Shown: positions 40,388-54,167 of the stretch, in pieces
Layout: the number at the start of each line of letters is the position of its first letter
Numbering within the stretch: the stretch's first letter is position 1
Source of the DNA: Octopus sinensis
Lineage: Eukaryota
Length of the DNA stretch: 64,000 nucleotides
Direction of reading: 5' to 3'
Assembly (NCBI RefSeq): GCF_006345805.1
Contig: NC_043000.1
Coordinates: 153,202,001-153,266,000 of the forward strand
Program-made: the position numbers and the translations under genes
Notes under the pieces: model-generated
The model's database searches: none
The model's input: the letters and a program-made list of their open reading frames with translations, nothing else
Told to the model about the DNA's origin: nothing

Positions 40388-41668
40388 TTAGGCTGTCCAA
40401 AAACTTCTCGCGGAATTTTAAATTTTGGTTTTAAATGTTGTATTTTCAAATTAATTTTGGTTAAATCACTTTGACCCTATATATCATTGTAAAGCCCGTA
40501 TTTTGCTCTATCTAATCCTGTTGCTCTTTTTCTTTTTGAATAATTAGACCATTTTTCCCGGAATGTTGAATACAACAAGGACAAAAAGCAAATTTGCTTA
40601 TTCCAGTTCAAACTAGGCCGAAAGGCTACTTAAGCAGCTCGTGATATCAACGATGCGTTTAGCCCAGGAACCACTAATTAATGTACAGCACAATGGTGGT
40701 TCAATAAATTACATAAAGCTGACGAGTCTTGAACATGACAAGTGTAGTGGTTGGCCATCGGATGTTGAGAACGATCAACTAAGAGCCTTAGTGGAAGCCA
40801 CTCCACGCTCAACTGTTCGAGAGCTTGCTTCTAAATTAGAAGTAACGCATACGACAATTTCCAACCACTTGAAAGAGATTGGAAAAGCAAAAATACTTGA
40901 GAAATGGGTGTCGAACGAATTGAAAGACCCCCCCCCCCAAAAAAAAAAAACCCCGCCGTTTTGAAGTGTCGTCTTCCCTTCTTTTAGGCAACAAGAACGA
41001 TCCGTTTCTCGACTGGATTATGACTTGCGATGAAAAGTGGATTCTTTACAACCGGTGACGCTCAGCTCAATGGTTGGACGCCGACAAAGCTCCACAGCAC
41101 TTCCCGAAGCCAAAGTTGCACCAAAAGAAGGTCATGGTGATTTTTGGTGGTCTGCAGCCGGTCTCATCCATCACAGCTTTTTGGATCCAGGCGGAACCAT
41201 TACGACGGAGAAGTCTGTCAGCAAATGGATGAAATGCATAAGAAACTCCGAAAACAACAGCCAGCATTGGTCAACAGAAAAGGACCAATTCTTCTCCACG
41301 ACATCGCTCGGCCGCACGTCCCTCAGCCGACACTGCAGAAGTTGAACGAATTGGGCTACGAAACCCTGCCTCATCCATCTTACTCCTCAGACCTTTCGCC
41401 TACCGACTATCACTTTTTCAAGCATCTCGACAACTTCCATCGTGAGAAATGCTTCAAAAATCAGAACGATGCCAAACACGCCTTCAACGACTTCATCGTT
41501 ACCAGAACGCAGGATTTTTACGGTACTGGCATAAAGAAACTTGTATCACGTTGGCAAGTGTGTTGATTCTGATGGTGTTTATTTCGATTAATAAAGTTTT
41601 GTTTGAGCCGAGATATGTGCATCTGAATTTAAAGATTAAATACCGCAAGAACTTTCTTGACAACCTAA
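40388..41668 (+). mobile_element. full-length mariner (DD34D) with frameshifted transposase pseudogene
   Basis: TA|ttaggctgtccaaaaacttc...gaactttcttgacaacctaa|TA; motifs WVSNEL, IMTCDEKWILY, LLHDIARPH, YSSDLSPTDYHFF. Confidence 0.95.
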
Positions 41669-41822
41669 TAATCTATTATTTATAATTCATCAGTTTCGTT
41701 CCAGTTCTGGCTTTAATCTTCTGATAGGAATGGCTCTGGCACTGACCATTGCGTTTAGTCGAATTATATACCTGTAAAACTACATATATATATATTATAT
41801 ATAATATATATAATATATATAT

Positions 41823-41902
<80 letters not shown>

Positions 41903-41927
41903 TGTGTTTGTATGCATATATATTATA

Positions 41928-42505
41928 TTAATGGCTGCCCCCTCGTTATCGAGTATGGCCATTGCACGAAGCTTAGCTGTAACTGGAGGTGTGATCGAAT
42001 GTGACTTTTTAGCCCAGCTAAAGATCTACAATGTCTTGTACAGAATTGGCAACTAAAACCTTTACTGGTAATAGCCGGCTGTAGTTGTAACTAGGCTTCA
42101 TGTAACTTTGCATGTCGTTTAAGTCCTCTTGTCGAATTACACTCTCTTCCACATGCCCGACAGATATGATTAGTATGGTGTGTTACACCACTACCAGTGG
42201 CCAGGTTGTCACTCATCTGTCTCGCTTTATGACTACGAAGATGACTCTTGAGTCCAGCTTTACTGAGGGAGGGTCTTGCACAGACACTGCATGTCAGCAT
42301 CATAAGAAGACCCTTCCCATCTGGAAGTGTAACAGCGATGCCCCTCCTGACATCCCTCCTTAATTTCTCATGTGCAACTCAAGATTTTTCAAAAGTGGCT
42401 GTCCCCTCGTTCACAATCCTTCTCCACCTGTTACGATCAATAGCTATGCCTTCGTAGGTGTCAGGAGAGATGCAAGCATCTCTTAAGGAAATCTTCAGCG
42501 AGTCC
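41928..42505 (-). mobile_element. RTE-clade LINE 3' end with two C2H2-type zinc fingers
   Basis: KDSLKISL...AIDRNRWRRIVNEGTATFE; CSVCARPSLSKAGLKSHLRSH; CRACGRECNSTRGLKRHAKLH; 3' end ctcgataacgagggggcagccattaa. Confidence 0.8.
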
Positions 42506-42522
42506 TTATATATATATATGTA

Positions 42523-42578
<56 letters not shown>

Positions 42579-42601
42579 CATACATACACATACATACACA
42601 T

Positions 42602-42652
<51 letters not shown>

Positions 42653-42776
42653 ATATAATATATGCACGTGTGTGTGGGTGTTTGTATTGTGTGTGTGTAC
42701 AATTTCAAGAGTTAATAGTGAGAAACGATCTGACTAGTTTCGTCTTTCAGAAGACGTTTTATACGTCTTATGAATA

Positions 42777-42939
42777 AGGCGCAGGAGTGGCTGTGTGGTA
42801 AGTAGCTTGCTTACCAACCACATGGTTCCGGGTTCAGTCCCACTGCGTGGCATCTTGGGCAAGTGTCTTCTGCTATAGCCCCAGGTCGACCAATGCCTTG
42901 TGAGTGGATTTGGTAGACGGAAACTGAAAGAAGCCTGTC

Positions 42940-43001
<62 letters not shown>

Positions 43002-43212
43002 TTGTGTGTCTGTGTTTGTCCCCCTAGCTTTGCTTGACAACCAATGCTGGTGTGTTTACGTCTCCGTCACTTAGTGGTTCGGCAAAAGAGACCGATAGAA
43101 TAAGTACTGGGCTTACAAAGAATAAGTCCCGGGGTCGATTTGCTCGACTAAAGGCGGTGCTCCAGCATGGTCGCAGTCAAATGACTGAAACAAGTAAAAG
43201 AGAGAAAGAGTA
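42777..43212 (+). mobile_element. SINE family A
   Basis: Full match to the family A consensus. Confidence 0.92.
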
Positions 43213-43709
43213 AGGGAAATGTGCGATTACTAGCGTCAAGAACATTTGGAAACGTAACAGGGCTGAAAGGTGCGATTTTAATAAGAAATATACCAACGAT
43301 TTATGTTTTTCTTTAAATAATTATATCGAAGATATATACAGTTGATTTAGTTAGTTGATAATTTTGCTGTTCAGTTCCAGATTTTAACCTTTGTCAACAC
43401 AGAGTTAGTTACGCTAGAAAGCAACCATGTGTTGGTATGTGTTGGCTAATATTGCTTTACCCAAAGTTGATAAAATACTGTATATTTTGCTAAGAAGAAA
43501 TTAGTTTTGTCAAGGAAAATATTTCAATTTTGAACTGGAAGTGATATGAGAGAATGATGAATTAAAACTTATCGAAATGTAAAAACAATTGTCTGTAACA
43601 AAAATTAGGTTAGGCAAGGAAAATCTTGTGGTAATAATGGTTCCTTCATAGGGAATACTAGTTGGCAAGGAAAATGTATAGTCTATGTATTTAGCTCATG
43701 GCATTACTG

Positions 43710-44100
43710 GATGGATGGAAGCACTCCGTCGGTTACGACGACGAGGGTTCCAGTTGATCCGATCAACGGAACAGCCTGCTCGTGAAATTGACGTGTAAGT
43801 GGCTGCGCACTCCACAGACACGTGTACTCTTAACATAGTTCTCGGGGAGATTCAGCATGACACAGAGAGTGACAAGGCCGGCCCTTTTGAAATACAGGTA
43901 CAACAGAAACAGGAAGTAAGAGTGAGAGAAAGTTGTGGTGAAAGAATACAGCAGGGATTACCACCATTCCCTGCCGGAGCCTCGTGGAGCTTTAGGTGCT
44001 TTCTCTCAATAAACACTCACAACGCCCGATCTGGGAATCGAAACCGCGATCCTACGACCGCGAGTCCGCTGCTCTAACCACTGGGCCATTGCGCCTCCAC
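43710..44100 (-). mobile_element. SINE family B, full length with TSD
   Basis: Flanked by atggcattact / atgacattact. Confidence 0.92.
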
Positions 44101-44508
44101 ATGACATTACTACTGTATATTATTGAATAAACTTTGTTAAATTGATGAGAATGATCTTGTACTTGGTAGGTTTCAGTCGATTAGATCTAATCGTCTAACC
44201 AACTGCCTTCATACCATTTGGCTACTTCATTAAAATTAAACTTGGACTAATTGATTGACTATATATTGTATCCAAGAAAACGTATTCAAGAATATTGATG
44301 TCGAGCTTGGACTATATATATATTCACAACTGGCGATTGATTGGGTCCTCTACTTACATGATATAAATACGAAATAGTCATGCGACAAGGATTTCAGTTC
44401 ACGGCCATATTAGGGTTTCTAATAACTCTCATGAAAGTAATTGCGACAAAAGGTAGTTGAACTATAAATCTATACTTCAAACAAATATATTATAAAATGT
44501 GAATATAC

Positions 44509-44945
44509 AGGCGCAGGCATGGCTGTGTGGATAAGGAGCTTGCTCTGCAATCACATCGTTAATTGTTCAATCTCACTGTGCAACACCTTGGGCAAATGTC
44601 TTCTACTATAGCCCGTTGCTTTGTGATATGGTTGGCGGAAATTGAATACAAACTAGTCGTATACACACACGCATACACAAACGTCTGTGTGTTTGCGCTT
44701 ATGTGTGTGTGTATGTGTGTGCATTTGTACCTTTGTTTGCCACCGCCACACCGACAGACAACCAGTGCTAGTTTGTTTACGTTTTCCTAAGTTAGCTGTT
44801 CGGCAAAAGAAGCTGACCGATTAATACCAGGCTTTAAAAGTAAACATAAGTACTGGGGTCAATTTGTTCGACTAAAACCTTTCGAAGCGGTGCTCCACTA
44901 TGGTCGCAGTCCAATGACGAAACAAGTAAGCGATAAAAGATAAAG
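44509..44945 (+). mobile_element. SINE family A, older subfamily
   Basis: aggcgcaggcatggctgtgtgg head, caccttgggcaaatgtcttc, tail gataaaagataaa. Confidence 0.8.
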
Positions 44946-45142
44946 GAACATTCATAGTACATTTAAAACTATCGACATTTTACTCTCTAATTAGATTTTG
45001 GGCCAATGATTTCATGTAAGCACATCTAACATATTTTTTTCAATTGATATTAAGTTTCCGCTCCGCGCTGAGTTATGTCAAATGTTTTAAATCTCAAATC
45101 GACGAAGAGGGTTCCTTTGATTCAGTAAGATAATTTCAGCGA

Positions 45143-45513
45143 TTGCTTCCCAACCACATCGTTCCGGGTTCAGTACCACTGCATGGCACCTTGGTCTACT
45201 CTAGACTCGGATCGACCAAAGCCTTGTGAGAGGATTTGGTTGACGGTAACCAAAAGAAGTCCGTCGAATGTATATATGTATATATCTATGTGTGTAAGCC
45301 TTTGTATCTATGTTTGATCCCCACCGCCGCCTGACAAACGGTGTTGGTGTGTTTATGTCCCCCGTAACTTAGCGGTTCGGCAAATGAGAACGATAGACTA
45401 AATACTGGGCTTGAAAACAAAAAGTACTGGTCAATACATTCGACTGAAAATTCCTCAAGATGGTGCCCCAGCATGGCCGCAATCTAGTAACTGAAACAAT
45501 TAAAAGATAAAAG
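45143..45513 (+). mobile_element. SINE family A, older subfamily
   Basis: ccaaccacatcgttccgggttcagt...cttagcggttcggcaaa...cagcatggccgc. Confidence 0.8.
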
Positions 45514-45589
45514 ATATTTTCAAAACATGAGAACATAAAGAAAAGTATTCTTTGAATTCTTTTACCATATTGATGAATTCATTGAAGCT

Positions 45590-46350
45590 TTTTAAAGGAC
45601 AGCAGTCAGTCAGTTCCAACGGTGCTCTCTCTGGGGGGACATCAATCAGCAGCGGAATTCCTCAGGAAATTGTACAGGGACCACTAGATTTTGTAGTGGC
45701 GCTCTCAGACATGACGTCAGTTGTACAGTCAGCCACTCTCACCATCTACGCTGATGATGCAAAGGGACCTGCATGCAATATATAAGTGGGATGATGAAAA
45801 TAACATGCAGTTCATTGCCGATAGATTTCAAGCACTCCGCTATCGACTCACAAACAGACTACAATCGGAATTGTAGGACCCGGGGGCAGCGCAATCCCAG
45901 AGTTAGAATAGGTACGTGGCCTGCGAATCCACAGGAGTAGTGATGCAACATCCCATGTGCATATTGCCAGGATAGCAACAGTGGGCAGGCGAGCAGCCGG
46001 GTGGATCCTTAGATCATTCGAAACCTGAAATAAGGTTACCTTGCAACTCTTATGGAGGAAATTTGTCCTCAGTCATCTGGATTACTGCTCCCAACTGTGG
46101 TTGCTGCAGAGCGTCAAATTGGTGGCGGAACTTGAGGCAATCCAGCTCCACTACACAGTGTAGATTGACTTAGTGAAACAGATGAGCTACAAGGAGAGGC
46201 TACAAGAACTGAAGCTCTACTCCCAAGAGAGAAGGTTAGAAAGGTATGCAATGATATACATATGGAAGATCCTGAAATGTCTAGGTCCAACTTTGGAATT
46301 AAAAGCTATACCGACCACAGAACTAGACGGCACTGCATAATACCAAAGAT
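45590..46350 (+). pseudogene. CR1/L2-group LINE reverse transcriptase remnant
   Basis: SGIPQEIVQGPLDF...IYADDAK, then SHLDYCSQLW and LKLYSQERRLERYAMIYIWKIL. Confidence 0.85.
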
Positions 46351-46373
46351 ACCATCTTCATCTCAAATATATA

Positions 46374-46990
46374 TGTATATATATAAAACTCATCTTGTGT
46401 GTCTGTGTATGTATCTGTGTGTGTGTCTGTGTGTTTAACTTCCCGGCACATCTCCTCCTAGCCAAAAAATCGTAGAACCACAAAAACTGGGTCACTTAAA
46501 GTTTAGGCAAATGAAAATTGAACTGTGTTATTTCTGTTCCGAAATTCATCTAGCAATTGCAAAAATCGATAATGTGTTTGTTTAGGCCTTATCCCATGCA
46601 TTGAATAGTGAACTTTATTCAGTCAGCTGTTTGACGTGAACTGTGTTCACCACGCGTGCAAGCATGTGTAAATTGCATGAAAAATAAAAAATCAAGATAT
46701 AAAAACGAATCGCCGTAAACATTGTAGAAATTCGGCAAAGAAATGAATTTTCGGGATGTAGCCTGGGGGTTTTTTCGTACTAATCGTTTGGACTTTGTGA
46801 ACACATACCAATTGTTTTTATAACATTTTTAACGCTTTGAATTAAATGTGACCATTTTGCGTTGGGTCTGCAGTTTGAATCACTTTAACCAAATTTTAGC
46901 AGGCCGGATTTTTTTGATCATCACGATACATCGCCAGCGACTCCCTGAAGCTCTCCCCTGAAATCCCCGTTGAGCCGGGCAATACTGCTA

Positions 46991-46991
<1 letters not shown>
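46374..46991 (+). mobile_element. non-autonomous Helitron family H1, complete
   Basis: Matches the 21226 element; ends cccgttgagccgggcaatactgCTAG|T; 5' TC mutated to TG. Confidence 0.88.
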
Positions 46992-47023
<32 letters not shown>

Positions 47024-47909
47024 TTATAAATAATTGTCATTACATAATTTTCCTTCACTGGAGTAAATAGTTGGCTAACAGTTGTTTCCAGTTGTCCTTA
47101 CAGGAACATTTCTGATAGGTTTAGTCCGCTTACTATTAATCCGTTGTTTTATGTTTGTCCTTTTCCTAAATTTTGGACATCCAATACTCCTATTTCTATT
47201 AAGTGACCTCTTCTTTTATATATCACTCCCTGTAAAAACCAGTTTGTCCGGACCCCATCCACGGATTTACAATATATAATTGTCATGAGACATCACATCG
47301 GACTCTTCTATACGAATACTTGGAGTTCTTTAATCTAAATAATATTGTAAACCAGGTGTAAAGCAGAGAGCTTATGAATTATTTCGCCCGGATTCGCTAT
47401 TATATACACCTCCCACACAAACACACACATCCCTTTTCCCTTTAAAATATATCTCGTAGTTTTCATAATAAAGTCTGAAATAGAAAAACCCATGCACATT
47501 AGTATTTAACATTTGTTCTTTTTCGTCTTGATACAAACCTCAAACGAAATATTTCACACCGGAAATATTCTTCTAATTATGCGCAATGAAATTATCTTTA
47601 ATAGACAGGTTACCTTATCAAAACGTTTTCTGTTTCCTGCCATTAAAAATAACAAATGTAAGGTAAGAAATGGCATTCAGGGCCTTATCAATTAAGATCG
47701 CCAGCTTTGGACAGATTACAGACGGTTTACTCAGGTATTTTAACAATCTACATTTACTTTTATGCAGTGGTTTGTAAACGCTGATATTGTTCATAATTTT
47801 TTTTCAGTTTTAAAGGAGTTAAAATATATTTATATGTGCATAATGTATGCACGTATAGTGTATATGTACAAACATGCATGCACAATATAATATATATATA
47901 TATATATAT

Positions 47910-47957
<48 letters not shown>

Positions 47958-48004
47958 TATATTATATATACATATATAGATATACATACATATACATGCA
48001 TATA

Positions 48005-48203
48005 CTTGCAGTTGTCGAGTGGTACCCGCGTGAGCGGAAAAGACCACCCGGAATACCTCCACGACGGTGGAGTGACGATTTCAAGAGGACGATTGGGATC
48101 ACGTGGATGAGAAAGGCGCGATCCAGAGAGGAGTGGACAGCGTGCTGTGACCAGCGGTGTCAAATGGACGCCTGACGGACTGGTCGGTCAAAGTGATCAA
48201 AGT

Positions 48204-48206
<3 letters not shown>
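48005..48206 (+). mobile_element. RTE-type LINE 3' end
   Basis: VVEWYPRERKRPPGIPPRRWSDDF...WMRKARSREEW; tail (caaagtgat)2; related tail at 21181-21222. Confidence 0.8.
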
Positions 48207-48234
<28 letters not shown>

Positions 48235-48679
48235 CATACATACATATATATATACATATATGCATATATATATATATATATGTATGTATGTATATTACAT
48301 ACGTTCATGTATATACTTGTGTATGTATGCATGTACAGCGTGGGAAGATCAAAAGTAAAATAAATATTGTATAGAAAATTGCATAATTAAGTGAAGTGAA
48401 ATATATTCACACACGTGCAAGATCACTCGCATACGCACAAGCATGCATATACAGACATGCGCACACATGCACGCACACACAACTATACACCAGAGATAAC
48501 TGTCATTTACATGTTAATAGAGGCTATGTATTGTACTGCGTGTGTGTGTGTATACAGAGTGCTTCATAAATTTCATTAACAAATAAATGATATATAATAT
48601 TTATGTTATTCAAGTTTTTATAAATTTGTTTTTGTATAATTTATCTCCTCTTTGCTTTTTTGTTTGAGTTTCTTCTCAT

Positions 48680-49581
48680 ATACATACATACATTCATGCA
48701 TGCATACATACATACATATATACATACATACATACATATATACATATATACATACATACATACATATATACATACGTACGTACGTACATACATACATACA
48801 TACGTACGTACGTACATACATACATATATACATACATATATATATATATACATACACATATACATACATACATACATACATGCATACATACATACATTCA
48901 TACATACATACATATATACATATATACATACATACATTCATACATACACACATACATACATACGTACATTCATACATACATTCATACATACATACATGAT
49001 ATATAATACATTCATACATACATACATACATACATACATACAAACATACATACATACGTACATACATACATTCATACATACATACATACATACATACATA
49101 CATACATACATACATACATACATGATATATAATACATCCATACATACATACATACATACATACATACATACATACATACATACGTACGTACATACATACA
49201 TACATTCATACATACATACATACATACAAACATACTTACATACACACATACATACATACATTCATACATACATACGTACGTACGTACGTACATACATACA
49301 TACATACATACATACATACAAACATACTTACATACACACATACATACATACATTCATACATACATACGTACGTACGTACGTACGTACATACATACATACA
49401 TACATACATACATACATAGATACATACATACATACATACATACATACATACATACTACATACATACATACATACATGCATTCATACATACATAATACATA
49501 CATATATACATACATACATACATACATACATACATACATACATACATACATACATACATACATACATACATACGTATATAC
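48680..49581. repeat. compound (CATA)n microsatellite, about 900 bp
   Basis: Direct reading; source of the 313-aa and 195-aa pseudo-ORFs. Confidence 0.98.
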
Positions 49582-49910
49582 ATGGAACAGACCTGATATA
49601 ATGATATGAGATAGAGAAGTGAAACAGTGTACAGTTGTGGAAATCAGCTGCCTAGCGGATGTTAGCATAAAGCTGAAGATCAGTGAAAAAGAGAATACCT
49701 ACACTGGACTATTGAGAAATCTGCAGTTACTCTATCCAGATTACAAGTCCGGGATAGTGTAAGTATCAATTATATATTATTGGGGGACTAGAATATGTAA
49801 CACACTGCCTAAATACCAGTCTGGAGAAATTAGGCTTCTCTAAACCAGTAAGGTAAAAGCTGATTCGAAAACTATAGATCCAAGCTATAAAACTTTCCAG
49901 AAATTTATCA
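49582..49910 (+). pseudogene. restriction-like endonuclease C-terminus of an R4/Dong-type non-LTR retrotransposon
   Basis: NRPDIMI*DREVKQCTVVEISCLADVSIKLKISEKENTY..LLRNLQLLYP...IIGGL resembles the PD..(D/E)...EK..KY...IGALG pattern. Confidence 0.7.
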
Positions 49911-49924
49911 TTTTAGTATATATA

Positions 49925-50016
49925 ATTCTTTATTGTCTACAAGGGGATAAACATAGAGGGGACAAACAAGGACAGACAAAGGGATTAAGTCGATTACATC
50001 GACCCCAGTGCGTAAC
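49925..50016 (-). mobile_element. SINE family C 3' fragment
   Basis: gaggggacaaacaaggacagacaaagggattaagtcgattacatcgaccccagtgcgtaac. Confidence 0.85.
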
Positions 50017-50132
50017 TTTTGGAAAACTAGTGTGAAACTGGTCAAATATATTCCGATATTCCAAAATCAATCTAATTAAATTCTAATTAATTTTAATATA
50101 TTATCCGTGCATTTTCAAATTCATTTCTACTC

Positions 50133-50183
<51 letters not shown>

Positions 50184-50191
50184 TTATATAT

Positions 50192-50228
<37 letters not shown>

Positions 50229-50674
50229 GTATCCTGCAGTTACCGCAGAGAACATCGATTATGATAAAGGTGAAACATCTGTTGAGTATCTTCCCCTGAT
50301 GGACATTCAGGCGCGCTTCTGGTTCTTTAGCCATCCTTAGTAAGATATATTGAGGATAGATAACTCTTAACTCACTTCGTTTGTTCCTGGTCACTGCTTT
50401 GCGCTAATGCCATTATATCTGTTCCAATCTGGCGGCCGACGAGCCCAGCTCAATCACTATTATTGCCTGTTGTAAGAAAAATTACGGCTTTAGAATCTGC
50501 TCGGGGTTGCACTTGCCTCCCAGTATGGTTACTAAGCACCACAACAGCAATCCATCCACTAACAGGGGCAGTGAACGGGTGGACCGTTCACATAAATAGA
50601 GAGAGAATGAGAGAGAAAGAAAAAGATACTGAGAGAAATGAATGTGACTGACATCTAATTTATAAATAATATAT

Positions 50675-51100
50675 AGGCGCAGGAGTGGCTGTGTGGTAAG
50701 TAGCTTGCTAACCAACCACATGGTTCTGGGTTCAATCCCACTGCGTGGCATCTTGGGCAAGTGTCTTCTGCTATAGCCCCGGCGCCCCGATGCCTTGTGA
50801 GTGGATTTGGTGACGGAAACTGAAAGAAGCCTGTCGTATATATATGTATATATATATATGTATGCGTGTGTGTGTTTGTGTGTCTGTGTTTGTCCCCCTA
50901 GCATTGCTCGACAACCGATGCTGGTGTGTTTACGTCCCCGTCACTTAGCGGTTCGGCAAAAGAGACCGATAGAATAAGTACTGGGCTTATAAAAAGAATA
51001 AGTCCCGGGGTCGATTTGCTCGACTAAAGGCGGTGCTCCAGCATGGCCGCAGTCAAATGACTGAAACAAGAAAAAGAGTAAAAAAAAAAAGAGTAAGAGT
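50675..51100 (+). mobile_element. SINE family A
   Basis: Full match to the family A consensus. Confidence 0.92.
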
Positions 51101-51196
51101 AACAGCAACGATGTATCGTGAATCGTGTCTTTTCTGGTCGTTGTTTCAAAATCATTTTTAAAGAATGAATGTGACTTCGAATGATCTCTGTTAATA

Positions 51197-51612
51197 TACT
51201 CTTTTTTACTCTTTTTACTTGTTTCAGTCATTTGACTGCGGCCATGCTGGAGCACCGCCTTTAGTCGAGCAAATCGACCCCGGGACTTATTCTTTGTAAG
51301 CCCAGTACTTATTCTATCGGTCTCTTTTTGCCGAACCGCTAAGTGACGGCGACGTAAGCACACACCAGCATCGGTTGTCAAGCAATGCTAGGGGGACAAA
51401 CACAAACGCACACACACACACACACACACATATATATACATATATATACGACAGGCTTCTTTCAGTTTCCGTCTACCAAATCCACTCACAAGGCATTGGT
51501 CGGCCCGGGGCTATAGCAGAAGACACTTGCCCAAGATGCCACGCAGTGGGACTGAACCCGGAACCATGTGGTTGGTTAGCAAGCTACTTACCACACAGCC
51601 ACTCCTGCGCCT
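51197..51612 (-). mobile_element. SINE family A (tail-to-tail with the previous copy)
   Basis: Reverse complement of the family A consensus. Confidence 0.92.
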
Positions 51613-52052
51613 ATACAAATATACAAATTATAATTTTTTTTTTGATTGAAGTCAATCTTCCGTCTCTATTATTCTTGACATAAAACAAGAAAGAACACAG
51701 TAAAATAAATATCACTTATTTATATCTCTCTTTCCTAACTATCATATGATATTTAATGACGAAGAGCTTTTATGTAACCTTCTTATGCGATTATCACATG
51801 AGCTTAACGCATGAGAGTTGACCAATCAATCTGTACGTTATCGGATATCATCCTGAGCCACGCTCTTTCTTTAAGCGTAAACAACTGTTATAACAACAGC
51901 AAGAATAGACATAGTCTGTGATACTACTTCATATTCTGAGCACTTTTGAAAATCTAATGTGAAACCGGTCAAGTATATTCCTATATTTTACAATCTAATT
52001 AAATTTTAATTAATTCTTTATTCATTTCAACTTCCTTTCTTCTAATCTTTCC

Positions 52053-52152
52053 NNNNNNNNNNNNNNNNNNNNNNNNNNNNNNNNNNNNNNNNNNNNNNNN
52101 NNNNNNNNNNNNNNNNNNNNNNNNNNNNNNNNNNNNNNNNNNNNNNNNNNNN
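52053..52152. other. assembly gap (100 N)
   Basis: Run of exactly 100 N. Confidence 1.
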
Positions 52153-52649
52153 CCCATACACAAACACGGAATCAACAGCCCGGGTGAAACATAATATTGA
52201 TCATAAATAACAAATGAAATTAATTAACATAAAGTATCAGACGTGAACTGAAAAAAAAATACAATTATCGGAAAGTTATCGAATTGAAAGAATGCTGGAA
52301 GGAGTTAGACATTTGACGTTTGAAGTTTTAGACGATGGAGTAGAGCTTTTTCGAAAACACTCTAGTTGTGTCCACCGAATGTTTTCAGAATATTTTTGTG
52401 TTCACCGCATGTTTTCAGTATATTTCAGAATGTTTTCAGAATAATTATCCAATATACCCGACATATTTTTAAAGATAGTAGGTTCTGATTCGAAAGTGAA
52501 TTGGCAAGCGTAGCAAGAACTTATAGACGCTTTCTGTAGTTTGATACAGATAGATTAAATAGAAAGAAATAGGTTTGCGAATATTAGATTCAAAGATTCA
52601 TGATAAGTAGAAGAATTACAAATCAAAATAGCGTCAAATAATAGTTGTT

Positions 52650-52865
52650 CTGGTTGAAGTTGGCACTAAGGACACTTTTCCAACTTTTGGATGGATGGAA
52701 AGTTTTGGAGCTGGCTACCTTTCCAGTTGCATACCCAACCTGTCCTTTGCTTTCAATTTGAAGATGATACAACCTTCTATCCTCACTGCACAGTCATTCA
52801 CCGTTTTTCGTTGTGAAGTTAAAAATTCCTTTCAATGAATCGTATTTTCCTCGTTTTACACATTT
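52650..52865 (-). pseudogene. decayed coding remnant, possibly from an unclassified DNA transposon
   Basis: KCVKRGKYDSLKGIFNFTTKNGE*LCSEDRRLYHLQIESKGQVGYATGKVASSKTFHPSK; protein-like, one in-frame stop; family not identified. Confidence 0.35.
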
Positions 52866-54043
52866 ATCTTAGGTATTCAGCATTTTTTCTACTTTTGCTT
52901 GCATATTTTGAATTGATAATATGAGAAATTTCATTTCTTTCGCTTTAAAAATGTTACTTCCTTCGAAATTTTCTTTGTTCTTTCTTTTCTTCCTTTGATG
53001 GTACCACCGAGGAAGTTTGTTGGTATCCTAGTGTTGTTTTCCAAAGAATGGTCTTCAAGCGGAACAGGCCTTCTTTACCTATATGAGTCTTGAAATTGCA
53101 CGAGATTCTTCGTCCAAATTATTTTGTTTTTTGAGTGAACTTCTCTTATGAGACATTATTTTAGATACTCTAGTTGGAAAAGCCTACTATTCTGAAAAAC
53201 AGTTAATGTAGGCAGAGTTTTTAATGTCACAGAAATAAAAGGGAGAGAAAGTGGATATTTCCAAGAGTAGGGCCTAAGTGGTAACGAATTAAAAACTTTA
53301 TAACTCCTAAACTACTTAAACTTGAAAGCTGAAATTTGAGATATACAGCTTCTGCATTGCATTAAGTCAGTACAAGTTTTCTAAAAACTTGAGTAGGCAT
53401 TATGAATCCCACAAGAATTTTGCATGATTTGGGCAATTGCCCAAGATGCCATGAAGTGTGACTGAACCCAGATGTGTTTGAGTGTATGTGTATGTGTTGC
53501 AAATATCGCGGAGAAAATCGAAAAAGAAGTGCTTTTTGAAGAGGTATTTATTTTGCATCGAATTAATCACATCCTTATCAATCACGACATCAAAGGCAAA
53601 ATATGGGAGTGACTGGCCCGTATGTGACATAACCTATGATGCTATTGTTCACTAAAGCATCATGGCTAAAAGTTTGGTTCGTTGCAGTTACAGCGTACTT
53701 CCACATAACTGTTCTTCAGTTTGGGCAGATATGGGATTACACAACCACATTAGCTACTTGTTGGCAATTATGATGCAAGAAATTTTTGTGACAGTCATTT
53801 TGATGTGCCTATCTTCACAACTATGCGGTTTCATTACACAAGTGTCTCCCCCCCCCCCGTACCAAAAGTTTGAAATTTTAAAGTGAGAAACTGTGCGGAA
53901 ACTTGTATAATATACAAACATAGACACATACATACATAAATACATACATACATATATAATGATAATAATAATAATAATAAAATATAATAATAATAATTAA
54001 TAACACAACAATAATAAATAATAAAATAATAATAATAATAATA

Positions 54044-54080
<37 letters not shown>

Positions 54081-54167
54081 TTAGGGAGTATTAATCCAAA
54101 TTTACAGGGAAAATTTCAATTTAGTATTAAATTAAATTTCACAATATAAATGTATATATATATATAA

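Noticed and set aside
41144-41566. SETMAR-like host gene
   Set aside because: Lies between mariner TIRs with several frameshifts and no SET domain; a dead transposon.
48618-49668. 313-aa, 195-aa and overlapping ORFs
   Set aside because: Translations of the (CATA)n microsatellite; the same applies to all YI-, HT-, CV-, LSIY- and RE-repeat ORFs.
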